Below, in pieces: positions 8,173-17,498 of a DNA stretch of 64,000 bases; within the stretch, counting starts at the first letter, position 1, and every line of letters starts with the position of its first letter. The DNA is from Deltaproteobacteria bacterium (lineage in GTDB: Bacteria > Myxococcota > Kuafuiibacteriia > Kuafuiibacteriales > Kuafuiibacteriaceae). The position numbers and the translations under genes were made by a program. Location: contig JAVJQW010000057.1 in the NCBI GenBank assembly GCA_040218735.1, forward strand, positions 224,001-288,000, written 5' to 3'. The notes below the pieces were generated by a model. That model saw only the letters and a list, made by a program, of their open reading frames with translations. It was not told the origin of the DNA and searched no databases.

Positions 8173-10298
8173 CCCTCCATCTCCATCGACTCACTCGCCG
8201 GGAACGAGATCGCGAACCGCGTGCCGACGCCGACGTCGGACTCGACCACGATCGACGCGCCGAGCTCGTCACAGACACTACGCAACGCGGCCATGCCGAC
8301 GCCGCGCCCCGAGGTCTCGGTGATTGTCGTTCGCGTCGACACCCCGTCGGAGAGCAGCGCGTCGCGCAGGTCCGAAGTCGTGTCCGCGGGGAGCCCGAGC
8401 GCTTGGGCCTTCTCGGCGACCGCGCCCCAGTCGATCCCGCGACCATCGTCCTCGATCTCGACGGTGCACACGCCGCCTTCGAGCCGTGTCGCGAGACGAA
8501 TGCGTCCCTTCGCCGGCTTCCCGGCGGCGACGCGCTCTTCGGGCGCCTCCAAGCCGTGGTCGACGGCGTTGCGAACGACGTGGGAGAACGCCGACCAGAA
8601 CGTCGACCACCGCTCGTGCGGGATGCGGACGTTGTTCGGCTCGATCTGCACGTCGATCGTGCCCTTGTCGAGGCGACGCCCGAGAGCCCGCGTCTGATCC
8701 GCGACCCGCTCCAGACGGACGGACGCACGGTCGTGCTGCCAGCGATCGAGCGAGTCGAGGATGACCTCGTAGCTCGCCCCCTCGCTGATGAGCTCGCGGA
8801 GCCGATCGTAGTCCTCCGGCTCGACCGCGAGCAGCTCGCGCCCCTCCGGAGCGAGGACCTTGAGACGCTGGGTGATGGACTCCCACCCGGCGACGAGGCG
8901 ATCCCGACCGGCCACGTCGAGGACGTCACAGGTCTCGTCGATCACGTCCTCGAGCTCGTGACAGAGCTTCGCGACGGTGTGGATCCCGAACAGCGCGCAG
9001 TTGCCCTTCAGCGTGTGGAGCGCGCGCTTCATGAGCACCATGTCGTCCCCGGAAACCACGGACTCGACGAGCGACGTCGCCTCGTCGAAGAACTCCATGA
9101 AGCCGTCGCGGTCGACCATGAGGCGCTGGAACATCGCGAGGAAGTCGCGCTGCTCCGCCTCGGCGCGCTCGCGTTCGACCTGCGCGGTGATGTCCGAGAC
9201 AATCACGAGCAGCTTCTCGACCTCGTCGTCGGTTCCGATGGGGCGGTACTCGACGGAGAGCGAGCGACCGTTGGCCTCGAGACGCTCCGGCATCTGCGCC
9301 AGGGTCACGTCCGTCGGCATGATCCCGTCGTGGAGCGCTTCCCAGCCGAGCTCGAACCAGTCGGCGAACGTCCCGTCGTGTTCGCGGATCTGCTCGTCGA
9401 AACGAACGCCGGATCGCGGCGCTCCGAACCACGCCGCGTAGCGCGCGGAGCACTCTTCGCTCGGCGTGCCGTCGGCCTCGACCGTCACGATCGCCTGACC
9501 GACGTTGTCCATGACCAGCCGCAGCGCGCGGTTGCGAACCGCCAGCGCCTGCGTGCGCTCTTCGACCATCGACTCGAGGTTCGAACGGTGGGCTTCCAGC
9601 TCCTGGTCCCGTCGTTCGATGCCAGAGAGCATCGCGTTGAACGCCTCGGTGAGGACGCCGAGCTCGTCATCGCTCTTCTTTTCGACGCGGATCGAGTAGT
9701 CAGAGCTGTCGCGAACCCGGGTCGCGCTGCTCGCGAGCGCCTCGACCGGCGTGGAGATGACGCTGTGCAAACGGAGCGCCGCCAGCATCGCGAAGAGCAG
9801 CGCGCCCATGAGCACCGCGATGGCGATACGCAGGAACTGCTGCGTTCGCGCCGCGATGTCCGAGGTGGACAGCTCGACGACCAACGTTCCGACGCGCTCC
9901 CCGTCCTTGGCGATCGGTCGTACGATGGTGAGCGCGTGCGCGGAGTAGTGCGCGCCCTCTCGAGCGTCCGCCGGCGACACGACGTCGGCGTCGTCGCCTT
10001 CCTTGAACCAACCCGCGAGGCGCTCGCCGCCCTCCTGCGAGAAGATCCCAGCCCGAACGGCGGTGGGCTCGCTCCCCAGCGTCTCGAGCACGTACTTGGC
10101 GGACTCGGCATCACCGAACGCGGTCGGCCCGTAGGCGCTCCCCGCGATCGCGTCGGCCAGCACGGTCATCGTGACCTTCTTCGCCTCGGCGTAGCTCTTG
10201 CGGTCGTACCAGACGAACGCCGCGCACGCGGCGATCAGCGCCAGCGTGCACACGCCGGCGACCAGCCCGATCAACTTCCCTTTGATGTTGAGCCTCAT
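8169..10298 (-). CDS. Membrane sensor fused to a CheA-type kinase core (TM-periplasmic sensor-TM-HAMP-PAS-Hpt-HATPase), no CheW/P5 domain
   Basis: Start MRLNIKGKLIGLV (ATG 10298, ATGA overlap); YfiN/CHASE8-like AFGDAESAKYVLETL; HAMP DELGVLTEAFNAML; Hpt ALHTLKGN; CheA boxes HVVRNAVDHGLE, DDGRGID, SGRGVGM; protein ends right after the ATPase. Confidence 0.85.
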   Translation of the reverse strand: MRLNIKGKLIGLVAGVCTLALIAACAAFVWYDRKSYAEAKKVTMTVLADAIAGSAYGPTAFGDAESAKYVLETLGSEPTAVRAGIFSQEGGERLAGWFKEGDDADVVSPADAREGAHYSAHALTIVRPIAKDGERVGTLVVELSTSDIAARTQQFLRIAIAVLMGALLFAMLAALRLHSVISTPVEALASSATRVRDSSDYSIRVEKKSDDELGVLTEAFNAMLSGIERRDQELEAHRSNLESMVEERTQALAVRNRALRLVMDNVGQAIVTVEADGTPSEECSARYAAWFGAPRSGVRFDEQIREHDGTFADWFELGWEALHDGIMPTDVTLAQMPERLEANGRSLSVEYRPIGTDDEVEKLLVIVSDITAQVERERAEAEQRDFLAMFQRLMVDRDGFMEFFDEATSLVESVVSGDDMVLMKRALHTLKGNCALFGIHTVAKLCHELEDVIDETCDVLDVAGRDRLVAGWESITQRLKVLAPEGRELLAVEPEDYDRLRELISEGASYEVILDSLDRWQHDRASVRLERVADQTRALGRRLDKGTIDVQIEPNNVRIPHERWSTFWSAFSHVVRNAVDHGLEAPEERVAAGKPAKGRIRLATRLEGGVCTVEIEDDGRGIDWGAVAEKAQALGLPADTTSDLRDALLSDGVSTRTTITETSGRGVGMAALRSVCDELGASIVVESDVGVGTRFAISFPASESMEMEG

Positions 10299-10747
10299 GG
10301 CAACTTCACCACCTTCACTCCAGCCAGGTCCTGACCTTCGACCTCGGAGGCGAGCGCGAAGGAGATCGCACCCGGGTTCTTCTTCAAGAGCTCCACGACG
10401 CGCGTGATCGTGTCGGCGCTCTGGGGCTTCACGCCCTGGCCAGCGAGCTGCCGGCTCGTCCAGTACGCCTCGTAGCGCGCGCCGGTCATCTGAACGACGG
10501 GCTCGTAGAATGCGTTGCCCGCGTCCGTCTTCGCACCGCGCACCACGAGCTTCACCGGCACGACGCCGTGCCAGAAGGCGGTGTTGCCGAGGAACATCGA
10601 CACGACTTTCCCGCGCGGGATCTTCTTCGTCGGGTTGCGCTTGTTCAGCAGCAACACGACCTCGTCCGCGTGCGCGGTGTCGGGCGCCGCCGTGGCGGCC
10701 ATCCCGAACAGCAACGAAGCGATGAGGCAGCGACCCAGAGCATTCAT
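10295..10747 (-). CDS. Small exported protein, phosphate-ABC substrate-binding-like single domain
   Basis: Signal peptide (..TAHA/DEVV), VVSMFLG..W, YW.SRQLAGQG..P, LKKNPGAISF pattern typical of porin-associated small binding proteins; ATGA overlaps at both ends. Confidence 0.7.
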   Translation of the reverse strand: MNALGRCLIASLLFGMAATAAPDTAHADEVVLLLNKRNPTKKIPRGKVVSMFLGNTAFWHGVVPVKLVVRGAKTDAGNAFYEPVVQMTGARYEAYWTSRQLAGQGVKPQSADTITRVVELLKKNPGAISFALASEVEGQDLAGVKVVKLP

Positions 10748-12102
10748 CGCGGGAGCTCCCACAGGTACGAGAGCGACAGACGAATTTCGGGGTAGATGAC
10801 CGACTCACCGTTGAACTGTTGGATGTGCGCGCTGCCGTCGACCTTGAAGGCGACCTGCGGCACGGGCCGTACGACGGCACCCGCGGTGACCTTCCAGAAC
10901 TGGCCGTCGTCGGTGATGCCGGCTTCGGCGTCGCCGCCGAGGTCCTTGGAGGCGACGGTCTCGGGGTTCTTGTAGAAGTCGGCCTGTGCGTAGGGGATCA
11001 GCGCGAAGCCGCTCTCGAACGCCAGCTCGTAGCCCGCGCGGATGTAGAAGGTCTGTACCGCGTAGCTCGCCTCGGCGTTGACCCCCTGCATCGGGTCGCC
11101 GTTGACGAAGAACCGCTCGAGCTGCCGCTGGTTGAGGTCACCGTCGGCGAGCGCGAGCGTCGACTCGGCGTTGCGTCGGGCGTCGTGGTTCGCCTGCCAG
11201 TACGCGGCCTGCACGATGACGCCGGACATCTGAAGCTGCCCGTACCCTCCGAACACGACGTACCGATCGCGGTCCATCCAGTTGACGACGCCGCCGCGGG
11301 GCGAGCCGTCGCCCACGTCGCGCGAAGGGGTCGCGTCGCCGCCGGTCCAGTAGAAGGAGGTCCCCAGCGTGAACATTCCGCCGCCGATCAGGCGAAGGTC
11401 CGCGCCCACCGGGAAGGAGCGGTCGGCGCGCTCGTCGTTGCCGGTCGCGACGGAGTAACGGAGCGCGTACCCGTTCGACATCGCCGCGGTGCCGTGGAGC
11501 ATCAGGTTCGTGGTCCGCGTGAGCATGAGGTGGTCTTTGTCGAACAGCTCGGGAGGCTCGATGCCGATGAACGTCGGCACCGCGTCGAGGATCTCGTTGT
11601 AGAGGCCGAACCGTCGGTAGGTCTTGCCGGCGCGGACGACCAAGAGATTGTCGAGCAGGGGCGCTTCGACCCAGGCGTTGCGAACCGCGATCGCCTCGTC
11701 GCCCGTGACACCACCGGAGCCCGGCGCCGCGAGGTTCACGAAGAAGCGGTACTTGCCGTAGATCGTGCCCTGCACCATCGCGTGCAGGTTGAGGACGTCG
11801 AACTCGTACGGGTTGGACTCGAAGACCGTGTCGCCGTTTCCGTCGACGCCGGCCGGCGTGTCCGCGACCTGCTCGAAGTACGAGTCGATGTAGCCGTAGA
11901 GGCGCGCTTCGAAGATCGGCGTCTCCTCGGCCTCGAAGTCGGAGAGGTCACCCCAGCCGGCGGCCTCCTCCTCCATCGCCTCGGCGGCAGAGGACGTGTC
12001 TGATTGGGCCCAGGCGGACGCGGAGCACGTCAGCCAGGGCGCCAGTAGTGCGGCGGCTGCGAGTCCGATGTGTCGGACGCGACTCGTGACTAGGGGAGAC
12101 AT
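10744..12102 (-). CDS. Outer-membrane beta-barrel (porin-like) protein
   Basis: Signal peptide (ASAWA/Q), alternating beta-strand pattern, AWVE, VRAGK..RRFGLYNE, terminal strand IRLSLSYLW; start uncertain (12102 or 12165). Confidence 0.75.
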   Translation of the reverse strand: MSPLVTSRVRHIGLAAAALLAPWLTCSASAWAQSDTSSAAEAMEEEAAGWGDLSDFEAEETPIFEARLYGYIDSYFEQVADTPAGVDGNGDTVFESNPYEFDVLNLHAMVQGTIYGKYRFFVNLAAPGSGGVTGDEAIAVRNAWVEAPLLDNLLVVRAGKTYRRFGLYNEILDAVPTFIGIEPPELFDKDHLMLTRTTNLMLHGTAAMSNGYALRYSVATGNDERADRSFPVGADLRLIGGGMFTLGTSFYWTGGDATPSRDVGDGSPRGGVVNWMDRDRYVVFGGYGQLQMSGVIVQAAYWQANHDARRNAESTLALADGDLNQRQLERFFVNGDPMQGVNAEASYAVQTFYIRAGYELAFESGFALIPYAQADFYKNPETVASKDLGGDAEAGITDDGQFWKVTAGAVVRPVPQVAFKVDGSAHIQQFNGESVIYPEIRLSLSYLWELPR

Positions 12103-12200
12103 CCAACACCACCCGTTCGGCCAGGGCGGAGCAACCTGTAGTCGTCGGACTACGCGTCGTCCCAATTCGAACGAGACTCATGTCCGGCCGAGGACGACCG

Positions 12201-13097
12201 ATGGAGACTGCGATGCAGAGTACGCGTGGAATCAGCGGCAACATCCTCCTCATCGACGACGCAGGTCGCGACGCGGCGCTCCCACGGGCCCTCGAGCAAG
12301 CGGGCCTCGCGGTCTCGGTCATCGACGCCCCCAGCAAGCTGCTCACGGCCACGGAGCAGGACGCGACGCTCGCCGGGATCGTCCTCCGCGGCTGCCAGCC
12401 CAAAGCGATGGGCGACGCGCTCACCGCGCTCCGGCACCGAAACCCGCACATCCCGGTGTTTGCGAACATCGCCGGCGACCGTCGCTACGGCGTGGATCTG
12501 ATCCGCCCCGGATCACCCGTCACGCAGGTCGTGAACACGATTCGCGAGCGTCTGGACGGGCACCACTACGACGAGCGCGTCGTCGACGCGATCGTCGAGA
12601 TGACCACGCGCACGCTGAAGATGAGCGTCGCGGACCTCGACGTCGAAGCGACCGCGCACTTCGTACGCTACGACGCGCGCATGTTGGGACGCGTCAGCGC
12701 GATGATCGACGTGATGGGCACGGGCCTCGTCGGCAAGGTCATGATCTCCGCCGCGCTCGAGTGGTTCGAGACCCAGTCACGCGCGATGCTCGCCGTCGAC
12801 GAACCGAACGAGTCGATGATCAGCGACGCCGCCGCCGAGATCAGCAACCTCCTCGCGGCCGACGTGCGAACGCACTACCTCGCGCGCGGCCTCGACTCCG
12901 TCATGGGCACCCCGACGGTGTTCGGCGGCAGCGACGTGTTCGTGCGCATCTACAGCCCGCGCCCGAGCCTCGTCGTGCGCTTCGAATCCGCCGCGTTCGA
13001 GACGCCGTTCTTCGTGGAGTGGCTCCTCGAGCGCAAGGGCGAGGACCAAGAAGGTGAGTCCCCCGTGATCGACGCGGGTGAGCTCGAGTTCTTCTAG
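12201..13097 (+). CDS. cheX: CheX-family phosphatase domain fused to a degenerate receiver-like N-terminus
   Basis: ILLIDD receiver-like start; SDAAAEISNLLA (ExxN) and GTPTVFGG typical of CheX; divergent from the che-like operon; possible starts 12180, 12201, 12213. Confidence 0.7.
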   Translation: METAMQSTRGISGNILLIDDAGRDAALPRALEQAGLAVSVIDAPSKLLTATEQDATLAGIVLRGCQPKAMGDALTALRHRNPHIPVFANIAGDRRYGVDLIRPGSPVTQVVNTIRERLDGHHYDERVVDAIVEMTTRTLKMSVADLDVEATAHFVRYDARMLGRVSAMIDVMGTGLVGKVMISAALEWFETQSRAMLAVDEPNESMISDAAAEISNLLAADVRTHYLARGLDSVMGTPTVFGGSDVFVRIYSPRPSLVVRFESAAFETPFFVEWLLERKGEDQEGESPVIDAGELEFF

Positions 13098-15547
13098 TCC
13101 GCGCCGGACTCCTCACACCCCGCGGGGTCGAGCTCGAACGTCACGAGGTCCTTGCGTCGCGCCTTCGCGCTCGGCCCCCTCGACACCGCAGGCACTCCCC
13201 ACTCGCCCCCTCGATAACGTCGCACGCGCGCACACGCCGCGCCGTCGACTTCGATCGTCGTCGCCCGATCACTCGCGATCCAGATCCGTGTTTGCTCGCG
13301 GTGCGCGGCCCATCGTGCATCGCCGTCGACACGAACCTCGAACCGCTCCGCCGACGGGACCTCGGCCGGAGGTACCTCCTCCCAGAAGCCGCGCACCCAG
13401 CTCGTCTCGAACGGGTTGTTGCTGCGGATCCACCGGTCGTGGACCGGGTCGTGGATGTACTTCGCGGGATCGTGCGGACCGATGCGCCCGTCGCGCGAGA
13501 ACGCCAACAGCTCCGCCGGCCCCACGAGGATGACGTTGGCGCTCGTGGGCGTCGGGCGCACGCGCGGGCAGTCGGTCGCGGTCGACAGGAGCGCACGTCC
13601 ATCACCGAGCGCGACGTCGTCACGACCGTCTCCGTCGACGTCCGCGATCGACCACGCCACGTCCGGCGGCATCACCGCCCAGATCGCGGGGGAGAAGCGC
13701 TGCCCGTCGGAGGTCGCAACCCACGCGTGCAGACGTTTTGCCTTCGGATCGCGGAGCACGGCGAACAGATCCGTGCGGCCGTCTCCGTCGAAGTCACCCG
13801 TCGCGATCGGGACGTCGGCGGGCGTGAAGTGCGCCCAAACCTCTTCCTCGCCCGCGCCCGTCGCCACGAACGCGAGCGCCGACGCACCCGTGCGATCGAC
13901 GCGGAGGCGATCGGCGGCTCCGTCCCCGTCGAAGTCGAGCGCCCGCGCCGCGTTCGAAGCCGCGCCCACCCCCGCCTCGAATCGCATCACCCGACACCGA
14001 TCTCCGAAGAGGAACGCCAGCGCCGGCGGGAACGCGCGCGCCAAGCGCATCGCGTGCGGCGCCCAGCGAAGGGGCGCACTCGGCGGTGCGAGCGGGTTCG
14101 AGCTGACCCGCGACTGCTCGTCGACGACGTCGATGAACCAGGGCTCCCCCGTCCCCGACGACTCGTAGCTCGTCGCGATCCCGCCCATCGACGCGCGCGG
14201 GTAGTAACTCGAACCGCCGATCGTCGAGACCCGCGGAACGTCGAACGCGTAGTCGAACCACCCGTACAGTCGCGCGCCGTCCTGGTGCCCCGGGTACAAG
14301 CGGTCGAGCAACGCGCGGGTGCCCGGGTGGTAGCGCTCCACGATCGCACCCCACCGCGCCGCGGTCGGCACGTCGCCCACCAACGTCGCCGCTTCGGCCA
14401 TCGACGCCGCGAAGTGGATCGCGCGCGCGTGGGTGTTGAACACCCCGCGCGGCCCCCCCGCCGCCTCCTTCTTGTGCGCGGAGTACGCGACGTACGGGAC
14501 GCCGTCCTCGGTGTGATCCTCGAAGGCTGCGTCGAGGATCCGCCGAGCCCCTTGGAGCGCGTCGTAGATCCGGCGTGCGTCCGAATGCCCGCGCGACAGC
14601 TCCAAGTGCGCCCACGTCGACAACAACGGCAGCAGCGCGCCGACGTGCGCGGCCTGCCAGTCCGCGTGCGGGTAGACCGACCACGCGAACGTCTTGGGCC
14701 AGCCGCCGTCCTTCTCTACGCGCTCGAGGAGGTGCATGCCGGTGCGTATCAGCGCGTCCTCGCCGACCACGTCGCGAACCGGCAGGAGCGCGCCGAGATC
14801 CTCGAAGCGGTTCCAGTTCACGAACGTGTACCCGTCCGTCCCGCGAAACGGCGGCGCGCGCAGACCGAGGCCGACGTAGAACGGGTGCGCATCGAGCGGG
14901 CGCGGGCGGAGGTCGCGCTCGGGCTCCCCGTGGGAGACCGCGACGCCGAAGGCCAGCCGCCGATTCGGCGCGAGCTCCAGCGGTCGAACGGCGAGGCTCC
15001 ACCGGCCGTCCTCGACGGCGGCGTCGAGTTTGTTCCCCCACCGCGCGTCGTGCAGGCCTCCGAGGGAGTCCGTCGGTTCGAGGATCAGCATCGCCGGCGC
15101 CGTCACCCCGACGTCGACCTTGGCGTCCGCGAGCGACCACGCGAGGCGATCGATGCGCGCCGCCTTCGAACGCGCGCGCAAGCTGACTTGCACGTAGAGG
15201 TAGGGCCCCGTGGTGAGTTCGTAGGTGCGTTCGACGACGACGTCCTCGAGGACTACGCGGGTGTCTACGCGCGCGTAGTACGAACGGACGTCGTGGATGC
15301 GTACCGTCGCCTCCGCCGAACGCCGCAACCCGGTGAGGCGCTCGGCGCCCGCGACCTCCTCCCCGTCGACCTCGATGCTCTCGACATGACCGCGCCGACG
15401 ATCGATGCGAACACGCACACGGCTGTTCGCGAGCACGACGTCGTCACCGTCGGAGCCGCAGCTCACCGTCCCGGGCTCGGGGGGTGCGTACGGGCGCAGC
15501 GTCGCGCAGGCGCACGTCCCGGCCAACAGCACGACGGCCCACCGCAT
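13094..15547 (-). CDS. Putative lipoprotein with FG-GAP/VCBS repeats and a predicted carbohydrate-enzyme-like core
   Basis: Start MRWAVVLLAGTCAC (lipobox-like); DFDGDGAAD, GDFDGDGRTD, ADVDGDGRDD calcium-blade repeats; N-terminal LANSRVRVRIDRRRGHVESI supersandwich-like strand. Confidence 0.65.
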   Translation of the reverse strand: MRWAVVLLAGTCACATLRPYAPPEPGTVSCGSDGDDVVLANSRVRVRIDRRRGHVESIEVDGEEVAGAERLTGLRRSAEATVRIHDVRSYYARVDTRVVLEDVVVERTYELTTGPYLYVQVSLRARSKAARIDRLAWSLADAKVDVGVTAPAMLILEPTDSLGGLHDARWGNKLDAAVEDGRWSLAVRPLELAPNRRLAFGVAVSHGEPERDLRPRPLDAHPFYVGLGLRAPPFRGTDGYTFVNWNRFEDLGALLPVRDVVGEDALIRTGMHLLERVEKDGGWPKTFAWSVYPHADWQAAHVGALLPLLSTWAHLELSRGHSDARRIYDALQGARRILDAAFEDHTEDGVPYVAYSAHKKEAAGGPRGVFNTHARAIHFAASMAEAATLVGDVPTAARWGAIVERYHPGTRALLDRLYPGHQDGARLYGWFDYAFDVPRVSTIGGSSYYPRASMGGIATSYESSGTGEPWFIDVVDEQSRVSSNPLAPPSAPLRWAPHAMRLARAFPPALAFLFGDRCRVMRFEAGVGAASNAARALDFDGDGAADRLRVDRTGASALAFVATGAGEEEVWAHFTPADVPIATGDFDGDGRTDLFAVLRDPKAKRLHAWVATSDGQRFSPAIWAVMPPDVAWSIADVDGDGRDDVALGDGRALLSTATDCPRVRPTPTSANVILVGPAELLAFSRDGRIGPHDPAKYIHDPVHDRWIRSNNPFETSWVRGFWEEVPPAEVPSAERFEVRVDGDARWAAHREQTRIWIASDRATTIEVDGAACARVRRYRGGEWGVPAVSRGPSAKARRKDLVTFELDPAGCEESGAD

Positions 15548-15573
15548 CGAGGCCCGTTGTGCCAGGTAAGGAG

Positions 15574-16170
15574 CTATCGGGCCAGGGCGCGCCGCACGTC
15601 GTCGTCGAGCACCCGGACCACGTAGCGCCGCGTCTCGCGCGGCATCGCGTACGTGCCGCTGCGTGGGATGCGTCCGGGGCCGGCGTTGTACGCGGCGACG
15701 ACGCGCGCCGCGTCGCCGCCGTAGCGCTTCCACAGCCACGCGAGGTAGCGCACGCCCCCGTCGATGTTCGCGGCGGCGTCGAACGGATCCGCCACGCCCA
15801 TCTGCCGCGCGGTGCCGGGCATCAGCTGCATCACCCCCATGGCGCCCGCGTGACTCACGGCGTGAGAAGCGCCGCGTGACTCGGCGTGAGCGACCGAGCG
15901 CACCAGCGCGACCGGGACGCGGTGACGCCGCGCCGCGCGCGCGAGTTGACGGTCACGCCCCGACCGACACGACCCGAAGAAGTGTCGCGGCACGTGCTCG
16001 ACATAATGTCGAAGCGCCGCGAGTTTGTCCGGCATGAACCGCGGCGAGAGCAGGTGGGGCCCGCCGCCGAGCATGCGGATCGATCCGTTGACCAGGACCA
16101 GGAAGGTCGCGACCAACGTCGCGAGGGTGAGCCAGGGGCGGCGTCGCGCACCGCGGAGGATTCGTCGCAT
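15574..16170 (-). CDS. Lytic transglycosylase (SLT domain) with N-terminal membrane anchor
   Basis: Catalytic AHAES, GAMGVMQLMP, NIDGGVRYL, AAYNAG, ETRRYV; start 16170 or 16203. Confidence 0.9.
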   Translation of the reverse strand: MRRILRGARRRPWLTLATLVATFLVLVNGSIRMLGGGPHLLSPRFMPDKLAALRHYVEHVPRHFFGSCRSGRDRQLARAARRHRVPVALVRSVAHAESRGASHAVSHAGAMGVMQLMPGTARQMGVADPFDAAANIDGGVRYLAWLWKRYGGDAARVVAAYNAGPGRIPRSGTYAMPRETRRYVVRVLDDDVRRALAR

Positions 16171-16242
16171 CAAGCGACGTACAAGCGCGCGAACGAGACC
16201 CAACCATTCCCTTATCGCGTACCGCGGAGGCGGTCGCGAGTT

Positions 16243-17457
16243 TCAGGCCCACCCGTCCACGGTGCGGCCGCGATACCTCGGGCTGTCCCGCCGCTCCTGG
16301 GCGATGTACTCCGTGACACTCGGCCCCGCCCGAACGCTCGCTTCGACGCGACGCGCTTCGCGGTCGAGGCGCTCCAGCGCCGAGAGTTTGTCCTTCTCGC
16401 CGAGCGAAGCGCGGTCCACGGCGTCCTTCCAGACGCGGATCGTCGCGTCGTAGACGTCGAGAGGCACCGGGAAGGGGTGGCCGTCCTTGCCGCCGTGCGC
16501 GAGGGAGAACCGCGCCGGATCCGAGAACCGGCTCGGCGCGCCGTGCACGACCTCGCTGACCATCGCGAGGGAACGCAGCGTCCGCGGCCCGACGCCGGGG
16601 ACGAGGAGCAACGACTCGAAGTCCTCCGGCGCCGCAGCGTCCGCCGCGGACAGTGACGCCCAGAGCCTCCGCTCGACGACGTCCTTCGGGCGGACGTCAT
16701 GGTGATGCGGCATGTGCAGGTGCGGTATCAGCTCGAGCTGCGGCTGCTCGACCGGCGCGACCTCGCGGAGCGCGGCGAGCACCCGCGACGGCCCCTCCTC
16801 CACGAGCGAGACACACGCGCTGCGCGCCGCGCGCGAGCGACGGTCGGCGAGGTTCACGATCGCGCCGCGGTTCTTGCCGTCGATCGCCTGGTGCGGATCG
16901 TCCACGAAGCTCTCGAGCCCGTCCGACAGCCAGTGATACCGACGCGCCTCCCCGCGGTCGCCGTCCATCCCCTGCTGCACGACGGCCCACTGTCCGTCGG
17001 CGCCGACGATCATCGAGTGCAGATAGATCTGAAAGCCGTCTTGCACCGCGGTGTTGTCGACCTTCGCCACCAGCCGGCTCGTGTCGACGAGCGGCGCGGC
17101 GTCGAGGCCCGTCTTCTCGCCGAGCGCGCACAGCTCCGCCGGGGTCTTTCGGCTCTGCTTTCCGCGCCCGCCGCAGACGTACAGGCCGAGCTCGTCCTTA
17201 ACCGGATCGAGGCCGCGCTTGAGCGCGCCGAGCACACTCGTCGTGATCCCCGACGAGTGCCAGTCCATCCCCATCACGCAGCCGAGCGCCTGGAACCAGA
17301 ACGGATGCGCGAGCCGCGACAGCACGGCGTCGCGGCCCTCGTGCAGGACGATCGCCTCGACGATCACGCGCCCGAGCTTCGCCATGCGCGTCGCGAGCCA
17401 CGGAGGCACGCGGCCGCCGTGGAGCGGGAGGTCGGCGCGCCCGGTTCGCTGCCCCAT
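16243..17457 (-). CDS. DUF763 family protein
   Basis: GRADLPLHGGRVPPWL, WFQALGCVMGMDWHSSGITT, AKVDNTAVQDGFQIYLH, HhH-like VPGVGPRTLR, FSLAHGGKDGHPFPV. Confidence 0.88.
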   Translation of the reverse strand: MGQRTGRADLPLHGGRVPPWLATRMAKLGRVIVEAIVLHEGRDAVLSRLAHPFWFQALGCVMGMDWHSSGITTSVLGALKRGLDPVKDELGLYVCGGRGKQSRKTPAELCALGEKTGLDAAPLVDTSRLVAKVDNTAVQDGFQIYLHSMIVGADGQWAVVQQGMDGDRGEARRYHWLSDGLESFVDDPHQAIDGKNRGAIVNLADRRSRAARSACVSLVEEGPSRVLAALREVAPVEQPQLELIPHLHMPHHHDVRPKDVVERRLWASLSAADAAAPEDFESLLLVPGVGPRTLRSLAMVSEVVHGAPSRFSDPARFSLAHGGKDGHPFPVPLDVYDATIRVWKDAVDRASLGEKDKLSALERLDREARRVEASVRAGPSVTEYIAQERRDSPRYRGRTVDGWA

Positions 17458-17498
17458 ACAGGCGTTCAGTACCGCATCCGTGGGCCCGCGGACAAGCC

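Noticed and set aside
10298-10880. N-terminal extension of the 903-aa kinase ORF (likewise long starts for ppx, phoD, DUF748, BON, DUF763)
   Set aside because: Overlap real neighbouring genes; ATGA couplings and promoter spacing define shorter starts
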